This document shows, in pieces, positions 13,423-28,000 of a stretch of 64,000 nucleotides of DNA. Numbering within the stretch: position 1 is the stretch's first letter; every line of letters begins with the position of its first letter. The notes under the pieces are model-generated. The model made no database searches and was not told the origin of the DNA. It was given only the letters and a program-made list of their open reading frames with translations. Position numbers and translations under genes: made by a program. Source of the DNA: Octopus sinensis (taxonomy: Eukaryota); contig NC_042998.1 of the NCBI RefSeq assembly GCF_006345805.1, forward strand, positions 67,208,001 to 67,272,000. The letters run 5' to 3'.

Positions 13423-13795
13423 GGCGCAGGAGTGGCTGTGTAGTAAGTAGCTTGCTTACCAATCACAAGGTTCTGGGCTCACTCCCACTGCGTCGCACCT
13501 TGGACAAGTGTTTTCCACTATAGCCTCGGACCGACCACAGCTTTGGGAATGGATTTGGTATAGAGAACTGAAAGAAGCCCATCGTATATATATATGTGTG
13601 CGTGTGTGTGTGTGTGTGATTATTCCCCCTTACCACCATCGCTTGACAACCAATGCTGGTGTATTTGCGTCACCGTAACTTAGTGGTTCAGCAAAAGAGA
13701 CCAATAGAATAAATACTAGGTTAACAAAGAATAAGTTCTGTTCGGTGCTCCAGCATGACCATAGTCAAATGGCTGGAACAAATAAAAAGAATAAC
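13423..13795 (+). mobile_element. tRNA-derived SINE, family A (near full length)
   Basis: GGCGCAGGAGTGGCTGTGTAGTAAGTAGCTTGC head, CCTTGGACAAGTG core-like segment, internal (TA)/(TG) run, ...CTCCAGCATGACCATAGTCAAATG tail. Homologous to 18717-19030 and 20338-20727. Confidence 0.9.
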
Positions 13796-14799
13796 AAACA
13801 TAAAAGTTAGGTTAGGCAAACCGAAAATTATTCTATCTTATCTCATACTCTTTATTCAGTTACTATTATGCAATAACTCTTCCAAGTCATCCCTAGATCG
13901 TCCATTTATACGGTATTTCGATTTGTTGGAACCTAACCAAAATAGAGAAAACCTGGGAACATGGATATTTTACGCAAAATGCGTTATAATTTATGTGGTC
14001 TATAATTGTGAAATTATAGAGCACATATCTACATACTTTTAAATAATTAATTATCCTCCATAAACTTTTGAATAATTAATTATTCCTCCCTAATTTTACC
14101 TCTTTGATTTGCATTTGTACAGTACTACATAAAGATACCCTTAAATTTAAACAGCCTTCACAAAATTTCTATTCCAAGAAAAATCTGCTTTTGATATTCA
14201 AGGAAAATAAATTTAATTTTCTTTCTATATAATTCTGTATTTTATTTCAAAATTTACGTGGATAGAATGGTCTCTATACAACATATACGCTACTGGAGAT
14301 AAATTCAACATATATTTATATCTGACAGATTCCAATTTGTTATTGGAATTTCATAAGGTAGATTTATATCTGGGAAACTTAAAATTTTATTTTTAAAATT
14401 ACATAACTATTTCAATAATTCAAATAGGTATTTACTTTTGCTCATCTGCAAAATGATATATATGAATTTAATTATAGTTCCGTGATGTAACAGCAATTAT
14501 TCGGTAGAAGTCTTAAATAAAGAATTGCTGAAAACTGTTTTAAATTCTTGCAGAGCTTGTATTCCACTTAGATCTTTACAATATACAAACTTCACTGTAA
14601 TTAGAGCTATGCTACTAAATCACTCGCTAAAATAAGCTTTCACTTATATCACCAATGAATTAAGTTCACATTTTCAATTAATATGTTTTCGTCCATCCCT
14701 TCTTGATGTAACATTACTTCTGATTATAACGTATTATTTGTAATACGCACATACACAGACACACAGACACACGAATACACATATTCACGTATGCACACG

Positions 14800-14895
<96 letters not shown>

Positions 14896-16223
14896 TGCTG
14901 AATTCTGTATGTCTGCAGATGTACAAAGGAAAATAAAAGAGAACTCAGTTTATAGAATAGAGATAAATATTCATAACTTTTGTGACAGTATTAGACTATA
15001 TTAGTCAGAGATTAACAAACTCACATTCACGAACCTTCTTCAGATGATGCTGTTCAAAGAGTTAGATCGTCATTAATTATGCCTTGTGCCTTTAGATGAA
15101 AGGATGAATTATGTCTTTATGCTTGTTCGACACGCTCACACATATATACGCGAATATATAAAAACACACTCAAATATATATGTGTATACATATGAGTGTC
15201 TGTGTGTTTCACTTGAATATCACAGGATTCGTGAAACAAATTAGCTTTAGGTAGGGGTTTCTTCTAGTAATAAGCATCTCCACTCGTCTAAGCATGTGTA
15301 CTGTGTCCTAACTTGAACTTTGGACTTTCTAGGTCCTTACAGGACGCAGATAGACTATTATATTAATAATACTATTAAGTCATATATTAATAAGCCATAG
15401 ATTTTTGATATATCAGAGTACATTCTTATTCAATACAAGCACACATATTTTTATTCATAAACATTCGGGAAAAAAGTACTTAATACGAGGGAGCAAGTAA
15501 CGATTATAATATGATCTTTCTATTGTAGATAATCCCTTCCGTTATATTCAATATTCCATAACGGGCTACAGTCGTATTTATTGATGTAAGACTTTAAAAA
15601 GTCTTTCACTTCAACAGCTTTATTTATCACGCGGGTGATTCCTTCATTTACGTCTTAGTAAAACAGAATTTGGGATAACGGATGCATCGATATGACCAGT
15701 CATTGGATCTGTTTTTGCATCATGAGCTTTAGTACCAGCTTTAATGATCACCTACACGCCTCTACCACGTACTTTGTTGTTTCTTGGTGAAATATAACTA
15801 TTCGTATTATGTCCTTAATTCTCCTCTTATATACGTGATTACAATATCATCCCATATATACGCAACATACTTATGCCGTATCATTTCTCTCCCTCTTGTC
15901 TCTTTCTCTGTCTTTCTCTTTCATCATAGTAGGTGTGCGTGTGTGTGTATAACATTTTTATGGCGTTCACTTTGATTGTTTTAGAAGATAATACAAATTA
16001 TGTATGAAACATTTTAAAGCAAAAATAGAACATACAAAGTAGGTTGAATATTTCACATTTGAAAAATAAACTTTGTAAATTCATATAAATGCTTACTAGC
16101 AATAAAATATACCGTCATTTTGTTAGATATTTATCAAATTAAATAATACTCGTGATATCCATCTTTGTTGAAACATCTCTTCTTAATAGATTCACTTTTG
16201 AAATTTTCACATACATACATACA

Positions 16224-16269
<46 letters not shown>

Positions 16270-17729
16270 CATATATCTTCATATATCATATCTAATGATT
16301 AATTTAGATAATGATTTTTATCAAATATCCTTTAAAGTCCTCGACGTTGAATAATTCAATCTGACAAAGTATTTGAACAACATTACGATGCCAGATACAA
16401 TTTAGCGTTTACCATCAAGTGAGAGCTACCCATAAGAAATTAATCTTGAAATATTTAGATATATCGCAGACCTTCAAGTCGTTATCAACACGTCGTCTGC
16501 AGACATAATTGTAATATCACGTGATGCATTAGATTATTTCTGTCTTTACAATTCTCGAGATGCCTACTGTTTATATACACATACATATATATAAACTTAT
16601 AAACTTGGTGGTATATTGTATTATCTTTCATATTGTAATTTTCTTCCTCCTTGTTTCATCTCTGAGAAGAATCCATGAAGTTTAAACAAATATAATTTCG
16701 TATTTTAATTCCTGTCATAAAGTTTAGACTGATTATATGATTGCAAAATATGCATTTCTGTCAAAAATTCGTCTATGAGCTGCAATATTTGAGGTTTCCT
16801 AATTCTGATATTATATAAACGTCTATTTATACAAATACACATGCAACGCATACATGTGTATGCATGATCTTATAAAATTATATACCTAATCGTGCATTTA
16901 TATTATGTGCATATATATTTATTCATTTATATATTATATGTGTGTAAGATATAAAAACTTTAGAGAATGTGACATAATTCTTTTTAGAAACGGTGAATCT
17001 CGAAGTAGATAAAATTTGTATCATGAAAATATTGGATTCAAAGAAGACTTTAGATAGAAAAAGGCAATTTTACAGAATGGTGTTCGTATCCCATGGCATG
17101 CTTTCGATATTTTCTACCCAAGTGGATTTTAAACCAATATTTACACACTATATTTATAGATGTATGTGCTTCGACCTTCATCGTCCGCCAAAGAGGAAAT
17201 ATTTATCTATATATGCGTGTGTGTGTGTTTCTCTTTGTGGTCTGCGTGTGTATTCTATATGCGTACCGTTTTATTCAGGTAGTGAGTCCAACGAAAGATA
17301 TATTGTTCCATCTGAAGACGCGTAGGGCAGTGAATACCAAGGAAAGAATAGTCTCTTATGGAGTTGTGAAGAACTTAGTCGAATAAATCGACTCCACATC
17401 TAGGTACTCTTCATAAGCCTGCAATGTGGTATATTTGTCTTTTGTGTTTGTCCACTACCACCGCTTGAGTGTTGTTTTTTTCAGAATAGAGCGGTTGCGA
17501 ATAAAGACATTGATATAATTCGTACGAAACTAAAAAAAATAATAAGTGATGGAGTTGATTCGTTGGACTAAAATACGCAGTATATTGATCGTGCTTTATC
17601 TTGAAAGCGCTGAGATAGAAAATTTGAATTTAAATGTGAAACAAAATGACTTCTCACCGTCTTGGCTGAAGTAATAATTTCTTAGTCCTGCATACCATTC
17701 TACCTATATTCTACACCAGTACACTAATT

Positions 17730-17733
17730 ACGG

Positions 17734-17781
<48 letters not shown>

Positions 17782-18000
17782 CACATACACACACTTCCAT
17801 ATGTATAGTTATACATACACTCACATATATGTAAGCGTATGTACGCAGGTATGTATATATGTGTGTGTATGTATATATATATGTATATAGATAGACAAAC
17901 GGATATACAGATGTATATATGTATGTATATATATATGTATAGAAAGAGAGAGAGAGAGATATATAGATAGATAGATAGATAGAGAGATAGATAGATAGAG

Positions 18001-18052
<52 letters not shown>

Positions 18053-18055
18053 GAA
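17730..18055. repeat. (TA)n and (TAGA)n microsatellites
   Basis: Read directly. Confidence 0.95.
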
Positions 18056-18716
18056 AGTACATGAGTGGCGGGTGCGCCTGCGTGTGTTTATTTTTGGGTT
18101 TAACTTAAAACGTTTATATTTATGAAGAGAACTTCAACGTATAATGTTTACATCAGCCTTGATGCTTTTTCTGATTACCGGCTAATTCTCGAGTAGATAC
18201 CTACAGAATGATGCCAAAATAAAGTAAATAAACAGTATTCCTGATATTTACTTCACGATTAAGATCAGGGTTACGATTCCTGATATTTTGATTTGCTATA
18301 CCAAGATCGTAACTATTACCATGTATTTTTTTTTCTTCCTATCAACAAGAGATTTCTTCATTTTATTCGTGGTGAAATCAGCAGTCTAATTTGTTTGTTT
18401 TACAGTAATGAATTATTCATTGAATTGACATAGAAGTTCTGCTGAGCAGAGGTCTAATGATCGATATTTATTAACTATCACAGATTCTGCACTGTATGAG
18501 CAAAACATTTAACTGCCTGGCTTCGATGCTTTATAGCATTCTAGCGTTACCATAGGCTGCACGCATAATTTTCTATCACGACATCTGCAAGAAGGAACGT
18601 CTTCATGGCTACCTATAAGTTTATTATCTTCCAGGCTAGTGCATGACCTTCAACTAGCTCTCCAGAATCATTTTAACCACATAATTTAAATCACATGAAA
18701 TACAGTTCAAATCTCT

Positions 18717-18813
18717 TTTACTCTTTACCGAACCGCTAATTTATGGAGACGTAAACACACCAGCATCGGTTGTCAAGCGATGTTGCGGGGGGGACAATGA
18801 CAGACACACAGAC

Positions 18814-18880
<67 letters not shown>

Positions 18881-19030
18881 TATATATACATATATATTCG
18901 ATGGGCTTCCTTCAGTTTCCGTCTACCAAATCCACTCACAAGGCTTTGGTCGGCCCGAGGCTACAGTAGAAGACACTTGCCCAAGGTCCCACGCGGTGGG
19001 ACTGAACCCGGAACAAGGTGTTTCGTAATC
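18717..19030 (-). mobile_element. tRNA-derived SINE, family A (antisense, partial)
   Basis: Reverse complement of the 13423 body (CTTCAGTTTCCGTCTACCAAATCCACTCACAAGGCTTTGGTCGGCCCGAGGCTA...GACACTTGCCCAAGG). Confidence 0.9.
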
Positions 19031-19762
19031 AGGCTACATTATTTCATAAAATTTGTCATATAGACAAATTGGGTAGCTTTGCGGGCTGGACAAACACATT
19101 AATGAATGAAAATGAAATAAAATGAATAAATGAGAGACGAAACCCAACACCCGCCGATTGGATTTTTCTCGAAAATATATTTTCTTTTTTTAAAAATCAA
19201 TATGAGGTTTCAAGCCTCTTACAAGAAGGAGGCATTAAAACCTCTTACTTAACATGCTTTTTAACACACAATTGAGGTTATAAACCACTACAAATAATAC
19301 AATAAGATGAGGTTTCAAACCCTCTAACGAGGCGTTTTCACCTCCTACTGATCGATATATCCATCATTATCTTCAATGCCGCTTGAGTTCCAATATCCCG
19401 CCATTTCCCATGCTTCACTCATGTAGGTCATGTAAGTCGTGTAAGGGCCACCCGGCCATATTCGACACTCCTCCCCAAATCCTTTAAGCCTTTCTCATAA
19501 GGGAAATCTTATGGCCTCCACAGCTATCTGCGGAGGCCAATCGGGATCCCGTGTGAAGGGCATATCTACTGTATCTTTATGTGCTGGGACATCAATTTCC
19601 ATGTATTAGTTAAACACATCAGTCATCTACCTAATTCCTTAAAGTCTTGTATTTATAATAACGTTCTCTTTTGCTGGACCGCTACATTATGCAGTAAGGG
19701 AAATAAACGAACACCGGTTGTCGACAGATGGAGAAATGATAACCTCCCCATATATATATATA

Positions 19763-19818
<56 letters not shown>

Positions 19819-20337
19819 ATAATATATATACATATATATATATATAATATATATATATACAAAGATAGACATATAAACACACAGATAGATAGATAGGTAA
19901 AGAACGGGTGTCTTCACTGTTTCCGTTAACCAAATTCGCACACAAGATGTTGCTCGGCTCAGTGCTATAATAGACGATACTTGCTAAAATTTCCGTGCAG
20001 TTGGACTGAACCCAAGCCTGTACGATACATTAAGTTGTTAACAATGTGAAAATATTGGCATACGTAATATTTGCATATGTAAGTCCGAATTTCTAATCAT
20101 CAACGCATGGCATGCTTTATCCTGATCGAAACAATCTTCAGGAGATTTTGAAATACGGCTATAAAATACAAATGCGAACGGCAATTGACTGTCAACACAC
20201 TCAAAGCCAAATACCTCATATGCCTGCAGCTTAGAATCCACTGCAAAACACCTGTAGCACAGTCAAACAATTTTAGGGCTTTCTTTTTTTTTTTTTCAAC
20301 ATTGAAAACATTTTTATTTGCAAAATACATAGATAAG

Positions 20338-20727
20338 TTCAGGAGTGTTGGAAGAAGTTTGCTTCCCAACCACATGGATCCGAGTTCAATCCTACTGCGT
20401 GGCACCTTGGGAAAGTGTCTTCTATTAAAGCCTCAGGCCGACCAAAGCCTTGTGGGAGGATTTGGTAGACAGAAACTAAAAGGATCCTGTCGTATATGTT
20501 TGTGTGCTGTGTGTGTGTGAATGTGAGTGTGTTTGTGTGTCTGTGTTTCTCCCCACTACCATCGTTTGACAACAGATGTTGGTGTATTTACGTCCCCGAA
20601 AATTAGCAGTTCGGCAAAAGAGACCGACAGAATAAGTACTAAGCTTAAAAAGAATAAGTCCTGGAGTTAGTTTATTCGACTACAGGTGGTGCTCAAGCAT
20701 GGCCGCAGAAAATGACTGAAAGAATAA
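20338..20727 (+). mobile_element. tRNA-derived SINE, family A
   Basis: CCAACCACATGGATCCGAGTTCAATCCTACTGCGTGGCACCTTGGGAAAGTG...GCATGGCCGCAG; homologous to the 13423 copy. Confidence 0.9.
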
Positions 20728-22896
20728 TACTTTATTCAATCGAAGACCATATTTCAGTTTATGAACTCACAACACTTTAAGTAAAAATGTCATAAAATCC
20801 TAATCTAAGAATATAAATGCATATATATTGCTTCTGATTCCCGATAAACTTTTGAAGCCTAGTATCACTGTTTATATAAATTACATTTGTGATATATATA
20901 CATATATATCGTGCTGTATCAGAGGGAGACAAATTAGTTACATCCACTCTGAAAAGTATCTCGTTGAATGTATCCCATCAATTAATATAGCTGAAAATAA
21001 ATTAGTTAAATTGGATTTGGGTATTAGGTAAGAATGTCCCCTAAACCTTCATTCCCTTTATAAATTTCACAATTGATCACGAAACAGTACACGCTATATA
21101 AAATTTTCATGAATATGCTAATATGCCTCTCTTAACTCTATGGATATATTTAGACATATATTTTCTTGCTATAATCAGGGAAAATGAGTTATTGACGAGA
21201 CATGGTTGTGATCTTCAGGAGGTACACAGCACAAAGCAGACAAACAACATTTGGTCTCATAAAAAGCATATGTGAAACTAAATGCTTAGTTTCAAAATGT
21301 ACACTTTCTTTGTTACATGCTATGTAACTTCAAAACATCAACATGTTCAAAATTTATTATATAGTTGTAGGGTTTGCGAGAGTTAACTGCAGCATTATCT
21401 TCGAGTTCCTTTTTATTTCTTGGGGATATTGTAGGAGACATGTTATAGTTTTTAAGTTATCAAACATTGTAAACATAGGACACTTGGAATGTAGCTACGT
21501 TTGTCTGGTATGTCATATATTAGTATTACAGGGAGCATGTTTCAAAAGCATCTACTCAATGAAGAATTATATTTTGGGCAAAAACACGCTATTGAACTGA
21601 GGTATAAACAAAGTAAATCTATTAAATCTCATCTGAAAAAGTAGATCATATTCCTGTGAGAATAAGGGGAAAATGCAGTTCATATGGTACCATCAAGAAA
21701 AATAATATTTCCTAAGCTTCCAACCATTCCGAAGAAGACCGCAATGAACTTATAAAATTTAAACGTGACCCTAAGAAAAGAAAGCCATATAAACATTCTG
21801 AGATCTTCGGAAGTTGACTATATATAGTCGAGTGGTTTTATTCAACTTTGGTTTTATTGAAACTTCAAGGTTAAATGAAGCAAAACAATGATAATATATA
21901 ATAGAACATCGTCACCAGTAAGAGCATATGTTTACTACTTATGAAAGAGTCATTGCCTCTGTTTTCCTATATACAATACAAACTGTTTTGATTCTGCTTG
22001 GCATTTATCTGAGAAGAGAGACTTTTGTTACAAATGTTAGAACCTCTCAATCCTCATCTGGGTTGGCGATTGATTTTCGCTTCACAGACCATAAGTGCGT
22101 TAAATTTTCAGAAGTATATGTGTATGTTTGCATGAGTGTGTGCACCTGAGATTATATATGTATGGGTGTATATATGCACATACGTATATTGGTTACATAT
22201 TTTAATAAAGATGCATACATAAAGGAAGAGAAACGAAACAAGCTAATTTCAATATTGATACTTTCATAGTATTTTATTGATACAACATATAAAAGGAAAT
22301 GAATCAAAACAGTTATAAAATTCAATTATTATCATTTTAATAGCAGTCCCGAAATCAAAATGAACATATTAATTATGTAGCTAATAACTCTCACAATAAT
22401 TAGAAGTAAGAATTAACTTATTCTATTTACATAATTTGCCTACAAGAAAATAAGAAGCTTTTACGACGTCTCCGAATCTCCTCCACTCTCCTGCTACCTT
22501 TCTCTGTATTTATTTTGCATTGTCATTTACTTCTAGGTTTTGGACATATCTTATGCTGTAAAAGTACACGTTAACTCTATCTCAAGAAGCTGGATGATAA
22601 TAAAAGGAATTTTGCTTCACACGACAAAAGTGTTCTTTGATTCTGAGTCTAATTTGCCTTATCATACATAGAATGTGAGGCAATAGTACTGAAGACATAT
22701 ATTCGAAAATTAATGGGCTCTATATCCTGATAAATCTTTGCGAGTAAAACTACATATCACTATCACATCCATTTAGTTTCATGTGCATCCATTAGGTTTA
22801 AGGATGGCGAAAATCTCATTAATGATTCAAATAAAATATTTCTTCAGTGGTAAGAATATTTTAGTTATTTGATAAATCCATCAATTATTTTGTTGG

Positions 22897-22970
<74 letters not shown>

Positions 22971-23179
22971 AGGTTCAAATAAAACCAAAGCTATTTGATC
23001 CTCTGGCTCTAGATACTAACTTCGCTATAATCAGTTAAAGTTACGACCATGGTGAGGGGAATAAATAACTATTAAAGTAATGATTATCTGTGACCAAATA
23101 GGGGCGCGAAAGGTAATCTTCGAGATGCACTTTAATTAAAATAGAATGTAGTGAGTGAATGATTCTGATGTATGATAAT

Positions 23180-24080
23180 TCAATGATAAATATTGGTATA
23201 TTGCTTCCTTATTAAACATCATCGATGAAACAGTTGAACGGCGAATAAAGACTGGCATTGCGATTGAAATTAATGATTGTGTGAGAAATGTCTATAGACG
23301 TCTACTGCATTATAGACAAATTATAAAATGAGTACAAAGATATACGTGCGTGGCTAATTTTTCCGAGTGTTGAACTCACGATCGTATGGCGGGTGGCTGG
23401 GGGAAAAATTTCTAGACCAAGACAACTCTTCATTTTGATGTTATTCTGTGAATTCAACTGCAAATGACTACTTGCTTACTCTAGCGCACATTTCTCTTCC
23501 TCCAAGAACCATCTCCTTATAATTCAGCGCAAGCAAGGTGGGTGGGCCGAGAAGTAGTGTATTTTGTTTCATGACTACATAAATCTCTACAAGACCAATC
23601 AAAAACATGGTACAAGCTACTAAGTAATAATTACTATCAATTTAAGTTTGATGCAATTGAGGAGGGAAACTACTGTATGAGTGAATCTGTTTTAAAAGAC
23701 CGTGCAGTTAATGCTAAAAATTCAAATATCCTTTCGTTTATTAGTGGAGCATTAACGCATTGACGAGTGAATCTGATGGACACTTCAGGTGTATTTCGAC
23801 CTGACAAAGTCTAGTGAAGCATTTAATATCGTATCAAGTCGACATGAGCAGAGAGAAAATTCCAGAGAATAGGCTTCTGTTGATTACTGATTAATGCCTG
23901 TTGCAAGATAAGGGAACAATGATGAGAAAAGGCAGATATGATACTTCTGCTAGATTGCTTTAAATGGCAATTTCAAAATAAAGACGACGGTTGTAGTAAC
24001 AGAAGTGTATGCGATAACATCACTTATTTCAGTAACATGAAGTTAGCGGACGCTTGCTGAAAAGTAACTTTGTCAATGAA
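23180..24080 (+). mobile_element. Highly decayed LINE reverse transcriptase remnant (CR1/L2-like)
   Basis: Broken frames with VYFDLTK..EAFNIV (cf. YLDF.KAFD.V) and KLAD (cf. YADD); many stops. Confidence 0.4.
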
Positions 24081-25711
24081 TAATGCGGTTTTTCTTTGAA
24101 TAAGTTCGAGAAATATATTTTAGCAGCATCAAATTAGTTTTTTGTATGTCAGTAGTACCCCAACGGGGATTATATTTGAGCTTCGAGTATTTCACAAAAT
24201 GACGAACGCCCGAAATGGCGTATTCTCATAAATAGAAATTTTACTCTAGGTACGTACATTTGAACAAATGACTTATATACGGAATTTATTTAAACATGAT
24301 CGGACACACCAAGGGAAGTTTTTCATACATGAATATGAGTGTGTGCCTTAAGAATTTATACATAGACTTTATACATGTTCCAGACTCATTAGGAATCATT
24401 TTACATCCGCTTTATCACCCTCTTCATTCGGACTTCGCAAGTACATTTATGGACTTACTTCTTTTATATATTTATAATTATGAATTTTTGTATTTATAGA
24501 TTTTTATATGTGTATGATTTTTTTATATATTTATAAATTTTCGCGATTATGTATGTATTTATATATTCTTAGAAATTTTCATTTTATGTTTTTCCTCCTC
24601 TCCTTATTTATATATATATATATATATAAACTAAAAAGGATGAACATGCTCAATAAAGTTAAAAGAATTATAATTTTATAGAAACATCTGCAGACGAATA
24701 AGAAACGTTGTATCTCGTTTAGATATCTGAAATATTTTTTAATTAAATTCCAACCGGATTACGCTCTGGGAACTATTAAGGAAACATTAGGTTTTTAGTA
24801 ATTATAGTTCGCCCAGAGGACTGACAGATAGGTGCAGTAATAGCAATCAGATGAACAGGTAGATGAAGGGATGAAAGGCAGATGATGGGAGAAGGAGAGT
24901 ACCAGATAACAGGCGAGGATTGTCTAGTAAAGAACTTTGGTTTATGACAGGGTATCAACATTTTAGTGATTAATGAGACCATAAGACTGATAGAAATGTA
25001 TAGACAAATGTAAAACGACTTAATAATCTATATAAGACATGCAAAGACATACACGAATATCTTCTATTTTCAAGTATGTTCAATCATACATCCAGATAAG
25101 TTAATAACATGAACCATTGTGTGAACACACACATGTGTGCACATATAGGCATACTAGATATATATATATATAATATATATATATATATATACACGTATAT
25201 ATAGTCTTCCCCAATGTATCGGATGATGAGTAATTAATGATTGAACTCTATAATGGTACATAAAGCAGTATCCTACTGTTTATTTAAGAGCTTCTCTTTA
25301 GTTTCCATTTAACACAAGGTCATCTCCGATCAAACAGACCAATAATGAAATATGTTCCAACTGTTATTAAACGGTATTTTTTATATGAAGTACTATATTG
25401 CTAAATGAGGTTTTTATCTTTGGAAAGTTAGGCTGCGACTTGTGTGAACTCTGACTATTATTTCGAACAGATTGCATAACTACTTTCAGCTCTCCTCATT
25501 CCGACTGTTACAGTTTCATTGTCTAAACAAAAACAGTGTTAGATCGAATTTTATTAAATAATAAATTACATTTTAATTTTGTGAGAAAACTGATATCAGA
25601 ACAATTACACATACACACACGCACTCTCACGTACAGAGAAATGCGTATTCACATATCTGCATATATTCGCACATAATTATACATAAACACATATATGCCT
25701 AAAAACATATG

Positions 25712-25793
<82 letters not shown>

Positions 25794-26545
25794 ATATATT
25801 TATACATACGGACACACACATAAATAAATACACACAAACACATATACACGTATTGAGGCTAAAACTTAAAGAACTTTGATAGGTCATTAATTACATCTGT
25901 TTGTTGCTTTATTTTTGAACTTTCCTTTTCACTCGGAGACAAGCAAACTTGCTAAAACCAATCAACATCGCACTTTATCTCATACAACGTTTCAAATAGG
26001 CTTTCCTTAGAGTACGATAATCAGTTCTTACAAATTATATTTAGTGCAGTAATAACAATGATACTGGTACTATCAACACTACGCCCACTACCAATCCTCA
26101 TATTCCTACTTCACCTACAACCAAGTATTTAGGTACAACCCTTTACGAACTGAGCTAAAACTGTACTGGCATCAACTTTGCATCTCATCTGTCAGCGATC
26201 AATGAGAAAGTGCCAATAAGTTACTGAATCAATTCAATCAACAACACATTGAAAATAATAGGGTGCAATGTCTCTTATTAGAAATCATTATTGCTAGACG
26301 CGTTCGAAGTGTTTCTTGTAGCTCAGTGAAAGATGTACGGTTAGTGAGATGTATACATACACATATACATACATACGTATGTGTGTGCCTCAGTGTATGT
26401 ATATATGTGTATGTGTTACCTGCATAGAAATGTATATATCTATCTATATATATATATATATGTGTGTGTGTGTGCGTGTGTGTGTGTGTGTACCAGTCTG
26501 TCTACGTATATATACATATATATATATATATATTATATATATATG

Positions 26546-26581
<36 letters not shown>

Positions 26582-26830
26582 TGGATGTTTATATACTTAC
26601 ATGTAGTAATTTATATATATATTGTGTGTGCGTGCGTCTGCGTGTATATACACTCTATATATAGATTACACACATAGATTACATACATTATCTATGTATA
26701 TCTGATTATATGTATATGATCTTATATACATATATATATATACATACACTCATACATGTATACATATATGCATATGCACGTATATATATATACATATACA
26801 CATACATGTATACATATATGCATATGCACG

Positions 26831-26868
<38 letters not shown>

Positions 26869-27026
26869 AATTTGTGTATGTTCGTAAACACAGAGAGAGG
26901 GAAAGAGAGAGAGAGAGAAGGGCAGAGTGAGCGGGAGCTGGACAAAGCACTGTATAAGATTCATTTGGTTTTACCGACATCACGCTGGTAATTTAACATT
27001 ATGATATTGATTTCAAGTTATGGGTA

Positions 27027-27206
27027 GGGGGTTAAGTCGATTACATCAACCCCGGTGTTCAACTGGTACCAATTTTCCGACTCCGAAAGGTTTAAAAGCA
27101 AACCCGACTTCAGCATTGTTCCGTCTTCAAAACCTGAAAACGGACGAAATACCGCTAAGCAATTTGACCGGCGAGCTAACGGTTCTGCCAGTACGCCCGC
27201 CGCCTT
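27027..27206 (-). mobile_element. tRNA-derived SINE, family B (antisense)
   Basis: Minus strand GGCGGCGGGCGTACTGGCAGAACCGTTAGC...GCTTAGCGGTATTTCGTCCG...GGGGTTGATGTAATCGACTTAA. Confidence 0.85.
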
Positions 27207-27539
27207 AACTTAACATTATAACACTACTGAATCTTTCAATGTAATTCTCAAAAATAGTTAAAAGCAGAAAATATGCCAATGTAGCAAACGTGCGTACCAT
27301 TTAATAACAGGGAATTTGATGCCAAACAGTTTGTGAAAGCGTGTGTCAATAGATTAATATCTTTCATAATACTGGCATCAGTGTTATATGTCTCTTGATT
27401 TTTTTATGGCTACCATCCTCCCAATATTACTGAAATTCTTTGGCACGTTCCTCCATTTTCGTATAGGGGAATCAAAACAGTTTTCATTCATGTATGTTGC
27501 GTGGACGCCCCCAGACGATGAAGTAGGCTAGCCCAATAC

Positions 27540-28000
27540 ATAGTTATAGAGAGAGAAGTCTAGAGTAGAAGAGCAGAGTAGCAGGGGAATCCGAACTTGT
27601 GACATAACAATGTAGTTCCTTCCTCATCATGTTGTTGGACATGTTTAAAATGTTGGAATCCATTTTGAGTTTATGAAACAAGTCAATCTAGTGTGTCCCC
27701 TATCATTGAGGATCACAGATCAGGTGGGAATTTAATGAGTTGAAATGTAGTAGAAATAAGTAATGGAATGTGACAGGGGAACAAGTTTCAGCTTTTGTAG
27801 AAATATTACATGTTTTAATAAGTAGAAGTAGTATAGACTGTGTGATGAGATTAGGAAATAGAGAGGAAGGGCATAGTGGTTGTTTGTTAACGTTTATAGT
27901 ATTTTATTGATTAAAATTCTGATGAGGGAGATTGAGTGAAATGGGGTGATGCCAGAATGTTCGTTTGTGTACAAGATCTGATTTGCTGCAGATATGTTAT
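27540..28000 (-). mobile_element. Possible decayed retroelement (Penelope-like RT N-terminus?)
   Basis: Coding-like composition with KLKLVP (cf. KGLKFVP of Penelope RTs); no continuous frame. Confidence 0.25.

Noticed and set aside
19204-19348. CRISPR-like reading of the repeated palindromes
   Set aside because: Eukaryotic context, units only 15-20 nt and divergent, irregular spacers (some nearly absent), no cas genes.
27467-27522. FN3-like peptide SFMYVAWTPPDDE after a good acceptor
   Set aside because: Only 18 codons, weak GTAGGC donor, stop follows, and it borders a probable antisense retroelement remnant.
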